Shown one piece after another: positions 1 through 13,506 of a DNA stretch of 64,000 nucleotides (its first letter is position 1; each line of letters starts with the position of its first letter). Both the position numbers and the translations under genes were made by a program. The notes below the pieces were generated by a model. That model did not search any database. It saw nothing but the letters and a program-made list of their open reading frames with translations, and was not told where the DNA came from. The DNA comes from Eledone cirrhosa (lineage: Eukaryota): contig OZ024743.1 in the NCBI GenBank assembly GCA_964016885.1, forward strand, positions 346,022,001-346,086,000. Direction: 5' to 3'.

Positions 1-399
1 GTTCATATTCCTGTGAGATGTACACAAACATATACATGTATACACAAATACACATACACATATATAGAGGCTCAGATATACATACACCCGCACCCATACA
101 TAAATATATACATACGCACCCACATACAGAAACATCTCCTACGTAGCTATACGTACATACACACACACACATATATATATACACACTCAGCCACATACGT
201 ACATACATGTACATGCATGCACACACACGCGATCATAAGCTCATGCATATACGTACACATGCACATATACACCCCCATACACACCCACGTATATATATAT
301 ATATCTACATACACACACACATACATATACATACGCACATGTCTACACATAAAACACATATATAAACGCAACAGGATAATAAAATAAAATAAATAAATT

Positions 400-2880
400 T
401 ACAATATTTTAGAATACAAACAAATCTGTATGTAACTTCACAAATAGATACACGAAAGAAAAAAAAAAGGGGGTAAATAAAAAACGGGGGGTGGGGTACA
501 GGAGAAGGTACGTGTATCCATGTGATATACTACGCACAGGTAGTATGAGGTGCAAACTTAGGTCCGTATATAGAACAAGTAACAGTAACAAAACAATAAT
601 GACAGTAATAATCATTGTTCCAAAGTGGAAAATGTGGAGAGTATATAGTCACGATTGACGGGGTACATATTCAAGGGGACGCCCGTCCCATTCACCATGT
701 GGCATGGCACCGTGGCTGGGGTGTGCTGTTCTATATGTTTGGGGTATCGGACCGGGCGACCGTGGGCCCCGTGTTAGCCGGTCCCGGCCTAGGCGATGTA
801 TCTGCCCAATGTTGCGTGCTCGGTCAGGTTCGCCCCTGGTTTACATATGTTTACCACACGAGTTGCACAATGTCATCGGGGCATGGCGTCAGGTCCCCTA
901 ATCCCGTTGGGCCTTTCGGGTCTGTGCGTACCCGTTCACATGCCCCCAGCCTGCGCCACCAGGAGGATTCCATGCTGCAAATGTGCATCTTCTCTGGTGT
1001 CTGCAGATCATGATAATTTCAGACTTCAGGTTGACGGCGTCATCCTTCAGTCTGACAATCTCCATCGCCTCGTGTAGGCATAATCGGCACTTTCTACTCC
1101 CAGCCGAATATGACCTCGCATGGCGAACGATACTCCATTCCAGGGCGTATGGAATGCCTTGTTCTTTCATGTCCCCCACCAGATCCGCTAACCTAGTGGA
1201 GTGCCTTTTGCTACGGTCACTGAAGGAATTCGTGTGATTATACATCCGCGATTTAAAGATCGTGGATGTTGCGCCGATGGGTTGTAATCACATACTTGTA
1301 TATCAGGTCCTTAATCAGGAATTTTAACTGTAGGGGGCACTGGGTGCCGGCTCTGCGGTTCCAAGTTCTGTTGTCAGTTTTTACGCATCCGATGTCCGGG
1401 CCTCGATCTGTTATGGCCCTCTCAAGGTTCCCAGGGTGTTGTTCCGCCGACACTGTTGTCTCCTCTATGCCACTAGTTCCCTCTCAACGTTAGATCACTC
1501 ACCCTCAGCGGGCGTTCTTGTCGCCTCGGGGGCCGGGTTTTCATTTGAGGGCCGGTCCCTGGGTGCTTCTCCGCGCTCCGAAAGACGGTCATTCTGTCGC
1601 CGCGGTTGACGGCCAGTGTGCGCCATCTTTATCGCATTAGTTTTAGCAATGTAGTCGGCCATGTTAGGTGCTGTGGTGAAGGAAAACTTCACCGTGTGGC
1701 AGTTGTAGATTTTGTGTTACTTGTTTATCGGCGGAAAGCACTCATCCAACGCTCGGGAAAAAAATCCTGGCACGTTGGTGCGTACATGTTTGGAGTAAGG
1801 CGCATTAAACCAAGTAACGGCCTTAGATCTGTTCCTTCGTGTGCGTGGATTCTTGTTGGGGTGTGCTGGAACTGATGTCCGTCATGTGCTCCGCCCAAGC
1901 ACAATTACATCCCGTGGGTTGTCTCTATCTATTTTCCCGCTATGGGCGTCTGGTTATGCCATTCAGTTATAAAGTTACGTCGTTCTATGTGGTGAGCTAT
2001 ACATCTATTCCCCTAGGTCTATGTGATGGTCCTGTCGGTGCTGTACCACTACAACTAGGCTGGGTGTGCTCCCTGGCGTGTGCCCCGTCCGTATTTGTCG
2101 ATGTCCTGTCCCTGGTCCCAGTTGCTGCGGAGCATGCAGTGTGCGTGCCAGGCCCAGGTCTCTGCGTACTGGGTGGTCTGGCTCCTATGGGTGCCTTTGT
2201 CTTTCCTACGGTCGGTCCTGCGTAAGTAATGTTAGTTGTGTTGCTATTTGTGTTCCTAGATACTGCTACCGGGTCATTTCTTCTACCTAAGGAGGCGCCC
2301 CCGCTATTAGCATTTCTGCACGCCTCATCACTTGGCTCTACTCTGTCCGGGTTATATAATATGATGTCTGTGTAACCGGCCCTGCGCAGTGCCTCATTAT
2401 AATATTCGGCGTGCTGTTTAAACACTTCTGCGTTCGCCGACAGGGTGGATACGCCTTTGGTACCCCTTTAACTATGGCTTATCTGACTGACTTAGGGTGA
2501 TTCGATTGCCTGTTCACATATTGCAGGTTTTCGTTTGGCTTATGGTACTGTCTGTGGATGGCCGTATTCATTTCCAAGGTAACGTCCAGGAAATTGACCG
2601 TCTTAATGCTAGGATCTATTGTCAAGGATAAGCCGTGTTTTAAAAAAAAAGTGCGATATGCGCTTCCTCATGCGCTCCATCTGATTGGGGTTAAGGGAAC
2701 GGAAGTATCTGTATATTCCACCTCCGTTCCCCGGGTCTCCTGTGTTAGCCTATGGATGTGATATATCCCCACAAGGTCGGTCACCTTCGCTGAGTCACTC
2801 GACCCCATGGTGATATCGAAACTCTCCCATAACTTGTCTTCGAATCTAATTAGCGTCTTTCTGGCTGCTACTATGTATCT
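400..2880 (-). mobile_element. Decayed, 5'-truncated Penelope-like element (Naiad-like; RT + C-terminal GIY-YIG), with frameshifts
   Basis: Minus-strand fragments: FDITMGSSDSAKVTDLVGIY (RT core), NFLDVTL..YHKPNENLQYVNRQSNHP (thumb), CPL..LIYK, and RLADLVGDMKEQGIPYALEWSI..YSAGSRKCRLCLHE..NLKSEIIMICRH (GIY-YIG C-terminus). Low-complexity insertion at about 1880-2330. Ends are approximate. Confidence 0.9.
832..883 (-). ncRNA. Degenerate hammerhead-like motif in the 3' pseudo-LTR of PLE 1
   Basis: Minus strand reads CCGATGA-cattgtgcaactcgtgtgg-TAAA-catatg-TA just after the ORF stop. Stem III is palindromic. G12 and stem I are damaged. Confidence 0.5.
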
Positions 2881-2935
2881 ATATATAAGAATCAAGGAAG
2901 CGAAATACTAACAAACAAGAGAATGCTAAAATCTA

Positions 2936-2977
<42 letters not shown>

Positions 2978-2987
2978 CATATGTATG

Positions 2988-3042
<55 letters not shown>

Positions 3043-3066
3043 GTGTATATATATATATGTATATAC

Positions 3067-3150
<84 letters not shown>

Positions 3151-3195
3151 GTATATAGATATATATATATATATATACATATGTATATACATATA

Positions 3196-3285
<90 letters not shown>

Positions 3286-3295
3286 CATATGTATG

Positions 3296-3344
<49 letters not shown>

Positions 3345-3366
3345 GTGTATATATATATGTATATAC

Positions 3367-3444
<78 letters not shown>

Positions 3445-3505
3445 GTATATGCATATATATATACACATATGTATATATATATATATATATATATACATAC
3501 ATATG

Positions 3506-3567
<62 letters not shown>

Positions 3568-3694
3568 TTTTTAGATTTTAGCATTCTCTTGTTTGTTAGT
3601 ATTTCGCTTCCTTGATTCTTATATATAGATACATAGTAGCAGCCAGAAAGACGCTAATTAGATTCGAAGACAAGTTATGGGAGAGTTTCGATAT
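2813..3694. repeat. Inverted duplication with ~128-bp arms around an interrupted (TA)n tract
   Basis: 2813-2940 is the reverse complement of 3567-3694 with no mismatch seen. Confidence 0.95.
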
Positions 3695-3706
3695 ATATAT
3701 ATATAC

Positions 3707-3777
<71 letters not shown>

Positions 3778-3910
3778 GATAAATCTAACAAAAGTTTACG
3801 GTAGTGTCCAATCCGTATGAAGAACTCAATGTAATCCGGATATCATGAAAAGAAGAGATGCATTCAAAAATCACTTTCCGTGAAAGATAAACGGAATACA
3901 GAGTCAAGGT

Positions 3911-4155
3911 AAATTATTAAAAAAATAATGAATAAACAAAGAAACAGTTCCTTATATTAAACAAAAAAAGTTCAGCATTTTACGATCGTTTCTAGGACAT
4001 ATATGTGTTAGAAACGATCGTAAAATATATGTCCTAGACATATATTTTACGATCGTTTCTAACACATATATGTCCTAGAAACGATCGTAAAATGATGAAC
4101 TTTTTTTGTTTAATATAAGAAACTGTTTCTTTGTTTATTCATTATTTTTTTTATA

Positions 4156-4159
<4 letters not shown>
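3911..4159. mobile_element. Nested fold-back palindrome containing hammerhead 3' halves
   Basis: Arms of ~120 bp are reverse complements. Each arm contains ttttacgatcgtttc-18 nt-GAAAcgatcgTAaaa. It abuts (TA)n. Confidence 0.8.
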
Positions 4160-4191
<32 letters not shown>

Positions 4192-4195
<4 letters not shown>

Positions 4196-4890
4196 ACAAA
4201 ATGAAACGAAATTCCATTTCTCACTCTTATTCTTAGTACGGCTGTTACTTAAATATAAGTATGTAGCGTACATACATATATGTATACAGACGTACAGTAG
4301 TATGTATATATATATACATGCACACATATATATATATGTACAATATGGGTTTAGCGAACATTCATTATAATGCTCGGTTTCTTTGTAAATAAACAGCCCG
4401 TACAGTGTTTAGCAACCATCGGTCCCCTTTTGTTCAACACTGACAAAGGAACAATGTACTAGTTTCAATGTACTACCTTCCTGCCAGATGATTGAACGTC
4501 TGAAAGTATATACTTTCCTTATGCATATTAATGGCTGAGCAGCCTAATTTGCATATCGAATGAGTTGTTCGGCCGGACGCACCGAAGACAATAAATGGAA
4601 AAAATGAAACGAAATTTAATTTCTCCCTCTTAGTACGGCTGTAATTTAAATATAAGTATGTATACGTACATACATATATGTATGCAGACGTATGTAAATA
4701 TATGTACGCATGGGTTTACCGAACATTTATTATAATGCTCGGTTTGTTTATAAACAAACCGAGCATTATAATATATGTTTGGTAAACCCATAAGGAAACC
4801 CATACGTACATATATATATATGTGCATGTATGTATATATATACATACTACTGTACGTCTGTATACATATATGTATGTACGTGTACATACA
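4192..4890 (-). mobile_element. Family X non-coding HHR element: partial tandem (period 403) plus fold-back; HHR 5' half deleted in this copy
   Basis: gaaacgaaatt..cttagtacggctgt occurs at 4203 and again at 4606. Inversion apex near 4750. Homologous to 9064, 18001, 18902 and 19594. Confidence 0.85.
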
Positions 4891-4924
4891 TACTCATATA
4901 TATATATATATATGCATACATATA

Positions 4925-5115
4925 TAAGCATACATGTGTTCAAATTGTACGGGACCAAGTTCGCCAGGTTGAGAAAAATATTAACTATTAACTATATGGT
5001 TTGCAAAACTCAATTGTATCTCAATTATATTCACTGCTCAGAAAAGCCTCTTTCTTTGGGCTATTTAATTGTATGAGACTATTTTGAGTTTCTAACTAAA
5101 TATATACCTTTGATG
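4925..5115. mobile_element. Family Y pLTR fragment (inverted piece plus 3' end)
   Basis: 5020-5112 matches 60000-60092. 4930-5015 is reverse-complementary to about 59880-59965. Confidence 0.7.
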
Positions 5116-5134
5116 TATATATATATATATATAT

Positions 5135-5715
5135 AATATTTATAGTTATGTATACACTATATACAACTATATACAGCAAAGGTCAGTAATTCATTACTAA
5201 CTTATTACCAGTAAGAAAAATAGCTCAATGTAAATACATGAGATGTTTTATAGACCAGGAATATAAATTACACAATAATCAAAGCTATGTTTAAATCATT
5301 TTATTGCTGACAATCGTTTCTTCCAAACTTTCGTTTATATCATCGGAGCACTAGCAATGTTATCTCTAGTGTCCACTAGTATCCTCGTTTTACGAGTAAC
5401 TTTCTACCTTAATGCCTCTTTAATTATTATACTATATCTTTGTAATCTCTGTCGCATGCAATTTTTTAATTTTACTTTTAATTATTGTACAATTCTCTTG
5501 TAAACTATGTCGCATCCATTCCACTATGTAAATACGAAACTGTTGTTGACAACATTAATATCCATGTATCTATATGATTGTTCAGTTGAATAGGAGGTTA
5601 ATTATATGTACAAACATTGCTAGTGCTCCGATGGATCACAGCGGAATGTTTAGAAGAAACGATTGTCACCAAAAAAATCATTTGAACATAGCTTTGATTA
5701 TTGTGTAATTTAAAT
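5135..5715 (-). mobile_element. Family Z pLTR-type element with inverted terminal copy, flanked by (TA)n
   Basis: About 5265-5360 is inverted at about 5613-5712. The 3' part recurs at 19945-20115. Confidence 0.75.
5305..5350 (-). ncRNA. Type I hammerhead ribozyme, U4C core variant
   Basis: tgct-CCGATGA-tataaac gaaa gtttggaa-GAAA-cgattg-TC-agca. A decayed inverted copy lies at 5624-5670. Confidence 0.7.
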
Positions 5716-6107
5716 ATATATATATTGTGTGAGGGCGGGGTGCAGAGAGAGAATATAAAAGAGAGGGAGAGAGAAAAAGAAATAGAGACAGAGAATGCGT
5801 GTCTGTGCGCGTATGTATCCGGTACTGATTATTTAGAGTTATCAACCATTTTGTTTCGTCTTTGGCGGGTCACGTAAATCCGAAGTAATTCTGTTAATAC
5901 CGAACTCGGAAATTAATACTTTATACTTTTTAATTTGTGAATACAACTTACTCCAATATGAGCCAGTTCTTTACAAGAAATGACACACACTTATGTTCAG
6001 ATAGTGTTTAAAGAACAGGGGCCATTATAATAATTCGGTATGTAAAAGCCTAATATTACGAATGCAGGGTTTCTCTCTTGTCCTGACTCTCCCCCTCTCT
6101 TCCTTTA

Positions 6108-6139
<32 letters not shown>

Positions 6140-6692
6140 CTTCTCTCTCTCACTCTCTCTCTCTATATATATATATATATGTCTGTCTATCTCTATGTCA
6201 CTTTCCCGCTTCTGTTATTCAATGTAGTAGGATGTATATAATGCATAAACAAATTTACATTTACTTAAACATATTGAAGTTTCGTGATAATATGAATATA
6301 GATATTACATAAAAGTAGATTTTTAAAGAAAAATGTATGGTGACATAAAAATACATAGATAAACGGACAGACAGATTGCTACCTAGCTAGCTAGATAAAC
6401 ATATATGCATGGAAAACGATAGTGTGAGAACTTGAGCGATAAAGAGTAAGATTACTAGAGAATACAAGGCTCAAGAGAAAGAGATTGACCGAAGGTTAAA
6501 GAGGAACCGTATTGAAATATGTATGTATGTATGTATGTATTATGTATGTAAGTATGTATGTTTGCATGTAAGTATGTATGTTTGTATATATGTTTGTTTG
6601 TATGTATCTATGTATATATGTATGTATATAAGTATGAATGTATTTATGTATATATATATATTTATATTTATGTTTATATATATATATATGTT

Positions 6693-6763
<71 letters not shown>

Positions 6764-7092
6764 ATACAGAAGCACCGAATGACTGAGGACCACACGTAAT
6801 TATTGTATATTTTAGTGTCCATCAAGCAAAAAGCTTAGCTGATAAGCAAACAGATAAGAGTAGTATTGGAATTTGAGAAAGACAAAACAAAATTTCAAAA
6901 AATGTCCAAAGTATTAAGTAAGAACGTTTGAACATACACAGACATATATTTACATCCACGTAAACACATATTCATATACCCTGACAGTCGCACATCCACA
7001 AACCCACACTTTATCTTTTTAAACGTAATAACATTTTATCGCTTGTTTTTGTTTTCAAGTCTCATATATAAACAATTCCAGATGGAGAGATA

Positions 7093-7127
<35 letters not shown>

Positions 7128-7310
7128 GTGTGTGTGTGTGTGTGTGGGGGGGGGGGGGGTGTTTGTGAGTGTGTGTGTATATATGCATGTATGTATATAT
7201 ATATGTATGAATGAATGTATATATGTATCTATCTATGAATACATATAAATGTTTATATATTATATATATATATGTATATATATGTATATATATATATGTG
7301 TGTATATATA

Positions 7311-7394
<84 letters not shown>

Positions 7395-9063
7395 AACATT
7401 TATATATATTCATACATTGATACAAATATACATTCATTCATACATACATATATACATACATGCATATACACACACACTCACACACACTCACACACACACA
7501 TATGTACGTATCTAAGCACTTATGTACAGGAATATATACACCACCATATATGTTTGCGTGTGTGTTTATACATATTTATATATATATATATATATATATA
7601 TGTCACTTCTTTTCATACCTTAGCAAACATACGACACGTAAGTCTTTGTTGAATTCATGTCAAACACAACGATCATGCAGGATTTTAACATTTACTAATA
7701 TAGGTCATCCTTCCCCGTAGAATCATTCTTATTCATGTTTCGTCCCCACTTTGAGTACAACTTTCTCGATCTGGCTGTACTTTCGTTTTTGTCGCAACAT
7801 CATACATCAAAAATACATAGAACTTCAGCTGATTCCTATTGTGGAAATATGAATAAAAGCTGAAGAGTATAATGATATTAGAACGTAGCAAAGTTGTCTC
7901 CAACAGTAAAACAAAGCAAATAAATTAATTTTGGGTCAGATGCAATTAAAACGTTAAAAGTAATTACCAATACTTGACCTAGTAGCCTTTGATGATCCTT
8001 TATTGCGACCTCATATCTACAGCAGACGGAAATCGTAATCGTAACGGCGAGTTTTTCTGAGATGACTCAGAACATATTCCAACTCAAATCTATTGCTTAA
8101 TATTTATATAATTTAAATAACAAGTGTCTAATTTTTAAAATCATTATTGCTTCAGACAATATAACATGTGGCATTTCTTTAGCATGTGCGCGCTTTGATT
8201 TCGAATCCACTTGAAATCAACATTACATTTCATCAATTTATTGTTCTTAAACTCAAGTATTTATTCAATTAAAGGAACATCGGATGTCATGGATTAAGTT
8301 TCTTTCAATTGTGCATACTGAGTTCAATTACCACTGAGCTCTACTTACACACTAGATTAATCATAGACCCAACTACATAGCCTTTCCAATTCCGTTGCAA
8401 GCATTTGAGCCAGCTCTCTGGTTTTGGTTTATATCCTTCATTCCCTCCCTTCTATCATTCTCGAAGGCCATGGGGAGTCATATGTGTATAGCACTTCCCT
8501 CGGGAATTAATCAGTATAATGAAAACAAAATCAACGATTACATACGAGTTTAAGGCGTTGGGATGCGCCAGGATGTCTACATATAGAAATATAAATTTAG
8601 CCTAAATAAGTTCTGTATACATTCTCGGAATATTCTAAAGCTACTGCGACTACAAGAGAATCTGCTTCACTGACAATCACACCAAACGCTTCGCTATCCT
8701 TCTCTCATCGGCTAATCTGAATTTCTTATACTAGTTCTCACACTATAAGAATCAACCCATTCCTTCCTGACTCGGCAGCCTAACACTCCGGAATTCCCTT
8801 CTCACCTGCATTTTTCCCTACATATGTTCACTAACAGCTCTTCAAACCAAACATGTACCGTATCAATTTCAACAAATCCAGAAGGTCTGCAATAGATATA
8901 GAAACAGCGGTTTTCCTCCTCCGTAAGTCACATAAAAATGATTAATGATAAACAATGCTGGCCCTCAGCTATGCAATATATGCCGTATCAAAGTTTACCT
9001 GATATGGTTACAAGTAGCAAATTATGTAACCTTTCAGATCTATGTAATTATATATATATATAT

Positions 9064-9448
9064 AAAATGGAAAAGAATGAAACGAGATTTCATTTTTCAC
9101 TCTTAGTACGGCTGATACCTAAATATAAGTATGTGTACGTTTTCGGTATGCCCGGCCGACTAACTCACTCGATATGCAAATTAGGCTGCTCACCCGTTAA
9201 TATGCATAACGAAAGTATATACTTTCAGACGTTCAATCATCTGACAGAAAGGTATACGATGCTGACGATAGCTAATAAGCTTGAAACTAGTAGATCGTTC
9301 CTGTGTCAGTATTGAACAAAGGAGCGACGATAGTTGCCGAGCACTGTAGGGTATAATTCGGGCTGTTTGTTTACAAACAAACCGAGCATTATAATAAATG
9401 TCCGGTAAACCCATACGTACATATATATATATATATATATGTGTGCAT
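9064..9448 (+). mobile_element. Family X copy (inverted 3' end followed by sense monomer)
   Basis: Homologous to 18001-18500, with an orientation switch near 9137. TA-rich flanks. Confidence 0.85.
9256..9298 (+). ncRNA. Type I hammerhead ribozyme (family X)
   Basis: acgatg-CTGACGA-t agct aata agct t-GAAA-ctag-TA-gatcgt, with one stem I mismatch next to the cleavage site. Confidence 0.8.
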
Positions 9449-9580
9449 ATATAGAGTGTCTACAATATAATTGAATTATTTTTAATTTATTTAAAGGATT
9501 GTTTAATGTTTGTTTGTTCTGCTCATCAATTTTTATATATATATATATATATATATATTCATATACGTGTGTGTATATAT

Positions 9581-9653
<73 letters not shown>

Positions 9654-9865
9654 AACACACACGTATATGAAAAATATGTTTTAACGGTTTGTTCTTGTAT
9701 ATTTATTTCTCCACGTGCTTACGCTCTGCTAATTCTCTCGCCCACTAGATATTAACACTTCTAATATTTAACACTGACGGCACTAGTATTGAGCACCCTT
9801 TACATTCCCTATTGGCAAATAACTACATGTATCACCTATCCCTCCTTCTCTCTCTCGATACGTAA

Positions 9866-9987
<122 letters not shown>

Positions 9988-10059
9988 CAAATAACAAAGC
10001 AGATGACACAGTACATTGACAGAATATCTTAGTTGACCGTTTGAGATAGCAGGAAAAGA

Positions 10060-10097
10060 GTCTTAACGTTTCAGCGAGACTAGTCCTTCGTCAGAAC
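10060..10097 (-). ncRNA. Minimal hammerhead motif in a pLTR remnant
   Basis: gtt-CTGACGA-aggactagtctcgct-GAAA-cgt-TA-agac. Stems are weak. It lies ~80 nt from a long (TA)n. Confidence 0.55.
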
Positions 10098-10680
10098 ATA
10101 GAGTTAGAAACAAATGGTAAAATAGAAAGGTAAAGAGATGGCGAAGAAACAGGGAAAAAATGAGAAAAACATCTGTTGCACGATCCAACATGTTAAAATG
10201 TTACTCTCAATTAAATCAAGCGAAAGGATCTTGCTGATGACGGTGAAGATGTGTGTGTGTGTAAACTTGTCTATCGCATTTCTTAATTCCCTTTTCCAAT
10301 GACATCACTTCGCCAACATATGTCTACTTGTCCTTCTCCTCTTTCAATATTTTCTATATTTCAACCACATATTAATCACCTTGTAGATTGACTCTCTGTT
10401 GAACACTGGCCAATGGTGTCTCTCCTCTGAGGCATATTTTGCCATCGCTGATTTTGCCAGCATTCAGCTGTTTTAACAGGTGTTTAAATGATGATTTTTA
10501 TGTATTTAAATACACTCTCGATCAGAGATAGCATTGTTTTTCATATATATATATATATATGTGTGCGTGTGTGTGTATTTAGACAGTCGATCGACTTTTC
10601 GTCAAATCGGACCGAAGAAACAATGTTTCCATTGGTCTTTCCAATTGCTAATACTCTCTATCGTTCGCAGCTCCAGGTAG

Positions 10681-10793
10681 AAGGAGCAACGTGAAATAAA
10701 GTGTCTTGCTCAGGGACATAACGCATCACCTGCTCCGCAAATCGAACTCACGATTGTGAATCCAATTCTTTAACTACTCAGCCACACGCCTTC
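10681..10793 (-). mobile_element. tRNA-derived SINE 5' half (same family as 58978)
   Basis: The reverse complement reads gaaggcgtgtggctgagtagtt..gagttcgatt..ctgagcaagacactttatttcacgttgctcc. Confidence 0.8.
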
Positions 10794-10828
10794 ATATATC
10801 TATATATATATTTACTGTAACACCGGCT

Positions 10829-11620
10829 CAGAGCAAGAGAGTTAAGGCGAAAAAGATATCGGACGCTGAATTTGCCGACGACATAGATCTGGTGACAAAC
10901 ATAGTGAAGGAGGCAGAGTATTTTATGCAAGAGGTGGTAACTGTGTCGATGAGTGTGGAGCTGAGAATGAATGAGATTAAGACGAAGTATCTGGTAGAGA
11001 ATATTAAGAAGCCAGAGAAGATTACTAATGTAGGCGGGAAGCCACTAGAATTGATTGACGACTTCCTGTATTTGGGAGCAAAGATTGGAAATAGGGAAGA
11101 TGATGTGGTCGAGAGGAAGAACAAAGTTTGGGCGGCGTGCCACAGCTTGAGATCGGTGTTGATGTCAGACCTTCATAAAGATCCGTCTCTACGTTGCTGT
11201 AGTGGAGTCTGTGCTGCTGTACGGGTGTGAGACTTAGACACTGACCAGAAACTCACTCAGATGGTGGATGGGTGCTACACAAGAATCCTGAGGATGGCTC
11301 TGAACATTAATACATTGAGGATGAAGAACTCAGAGCTGTACGGGAGCCTCTCAAAAGTCGGCTCGAAAGTGACACAGAGGAGACTGAGGTTAGCTGGACA
11401 TGCTTACCGACATCCAGAGTTGACACTGCACTCAGTGCTCCTGTGCGATCCCCTGCACTGGAAGGGGAAGACCGAGGTTAACATATGGTGATGCCCTAAG
11501 GACAGACACTGGTCTCTTGGAAAGGCAGGACATGGCAGCCATAATGAGGGTCAGAAACCCCTGGAGAGAACTCGCCCATGGATCTCGGGAATGTTACCCG
11601 ACCTAGATAGATAGATAGAT
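10829..11620 (+). mobile_element. RTE-type LINE 3' fragment, decayed
   Basis: EFADDIDL (RT catalytic motif), DDFLYLGAKI, LLYGCET, RRLRLAGHAYRH. Ends in a (TAGA)n tail. Confidence 0.9.
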
Positions 11621-12138
11621 ATACATATCTGCACAAACACATATATATATGCATATAGACATATAGACATATTTGCCCATATGTACTTGAATGAATGTGG
11701 GAGACGGTAATGTTGTTTATGCCTGTGACCTCTGTGTGTATGAATTTATCAATAAGGTGATTTTTTTTTATTTCTTTGTTGACTTATATAGGATTTATCT
11801 TGTTTCATTTTTTTTTTCCTATTTTATGTTCGGGATCTTTTAGGAGTAGATAAATTTTAAATGTTGGTTGCTCGGGTAAGGTTTACAGAAGGTGTGTAAA
11901 AGGTCTGACAACATAAACAAAGTTAATCTGATAAAACAGATGGTAGGGATATCTATAGAAAGTATTCCGTCTGTTCAGATTGGAAGCTCTTCATAATGGC
12001 AATATGCAAACAATAAGAAACCTAAAACCATAAGATCACACGTCACCACACACAGACATACAACAAGCACACTCACACGCACACACACACATACGTACAC
12101 ACACACGCACACACACACACACACATCACACACACACA

Positions 12139-12208
<70 letters not shown>

Positions 12209-12271
12209 CATATATATATATGTATATATATATATATCAGTATCAGTATATATATATGTTTGTGTGTGTGA

Positions 12272-12327
<56 letters not shown>

Positions 12328-12654
12328 GTATATAAATCTTTCAACACTAGATGCATAAATAAATACATACATACGTACATATATACAATCAGCCTATAAG
12401 CAAAGCATCTGCAGCCCGCTGATACAAGCATACAAACTTAACGTCATCAGTAATCATTTCAGATTCGTTTTTTTTAATCGAACCCTATAAGTTGAACCGC
12501 TATGTTACGGATTTAGTGGGACGTAATTTAAACGAATTTTATGCTGGTGATTATTTCGGCTGGTCTAAAGAAACACAGACATGGTCACACCTTTATCTCT
12601 CTCTTTCTGTCTCTCTGTCTCTCTCTCTCACTCTCTGTCTCTCTCTCTCTCTCA

Positions 12655-12733
<79 letters not shown>

Positions 12734-12736
<3 letters not shown>

Positions 12737-13000
12737 AGTGTAACTTGGATTTACTGCAGGTTCACCCGGGTGAGCACTCGATGTTTAGGTTCACTTCTGT
12801 TTCGAGGTGTAGAGCTATACAGAGTGTATTATATTGAAAAGATAACAAGGACGATTGGTTACTCCTTCCTTACATTTATTTGTTGCTGACGCGCGTTTCG
12901 CCACTGATCAGCTCAAGGTGCGATCTGTATCCATCTTACCCGACGCTGTAATCTGCAGATCGACAGAGCCCTTAAAATGCTAGTAGAAAATATCTTTTGA
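12734..13000 (-). mobile_element. pLTR remnant with hammerhead 3' half, between (TA)n tracts
   Basis: Minus strand at about 12885-12905 reads tggc-GAAA-cgcgcg-TC-agc. An ACTCTG...CATCGAGTGCTC motif follows downstream. Confidence 0.55.
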
Positions 13001-13224
13001 ATATATATATATATATGTGTGTGTGAGAATGTGTGTGTGTGTGTGTATAAATAATAAACGTTGACAGCAATCACAACATAGTCGGCTAATTGCAGAAATG
13101 TGTTGAATATTGGCTTGTAAGTAAATTCGCATGGTACGTTTACAAAGTATGTGTTTATAACGGTTAATGTGTGTGATCCGCGATGTTCTCCTCCCACCTG
13201 CACTGATTAACTGGCGCAAGCGCG

Positions 13225-13452
13225 TTGGCGGGCACTAAAGATCTGGGCAACAACGATCAAGGAGGACATCTCAGAACTCTCAGGTCCGCAGGTGGTCGGC
13301 CTGCGCCGATGGAACCGTGACTGGCTCGCTATCTCCAGTGACATAGCTCGGGACCGTCGTGCGTGGGCTGCCATGGTTCGGGATGCCCTCAGGACAAGGT
13401 AAGAAGCCGACTCTAGCCGTCCAGGGTGAATGTCGACACAAGTACACAAGTA
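13225..13452 (+). mobile_element. RTE LINE extreme 3' end
   Basis: GC-rich patch reading KIWATTIKED..WNRDWLAISSDIARDRRAWAAMVRDA, followed by a (CAAGTA)-type tail. Confidence 0.75.
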
Positions 13453-13455
13453 AGC

Positions 13456-13506
<51 letters not shown>

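Noticed and set aside
8400-8940. Possible Tx1/L1-like relic on the minus strand
   Set aside because: Composition is suggestive, but no diagnostic motif could be read.
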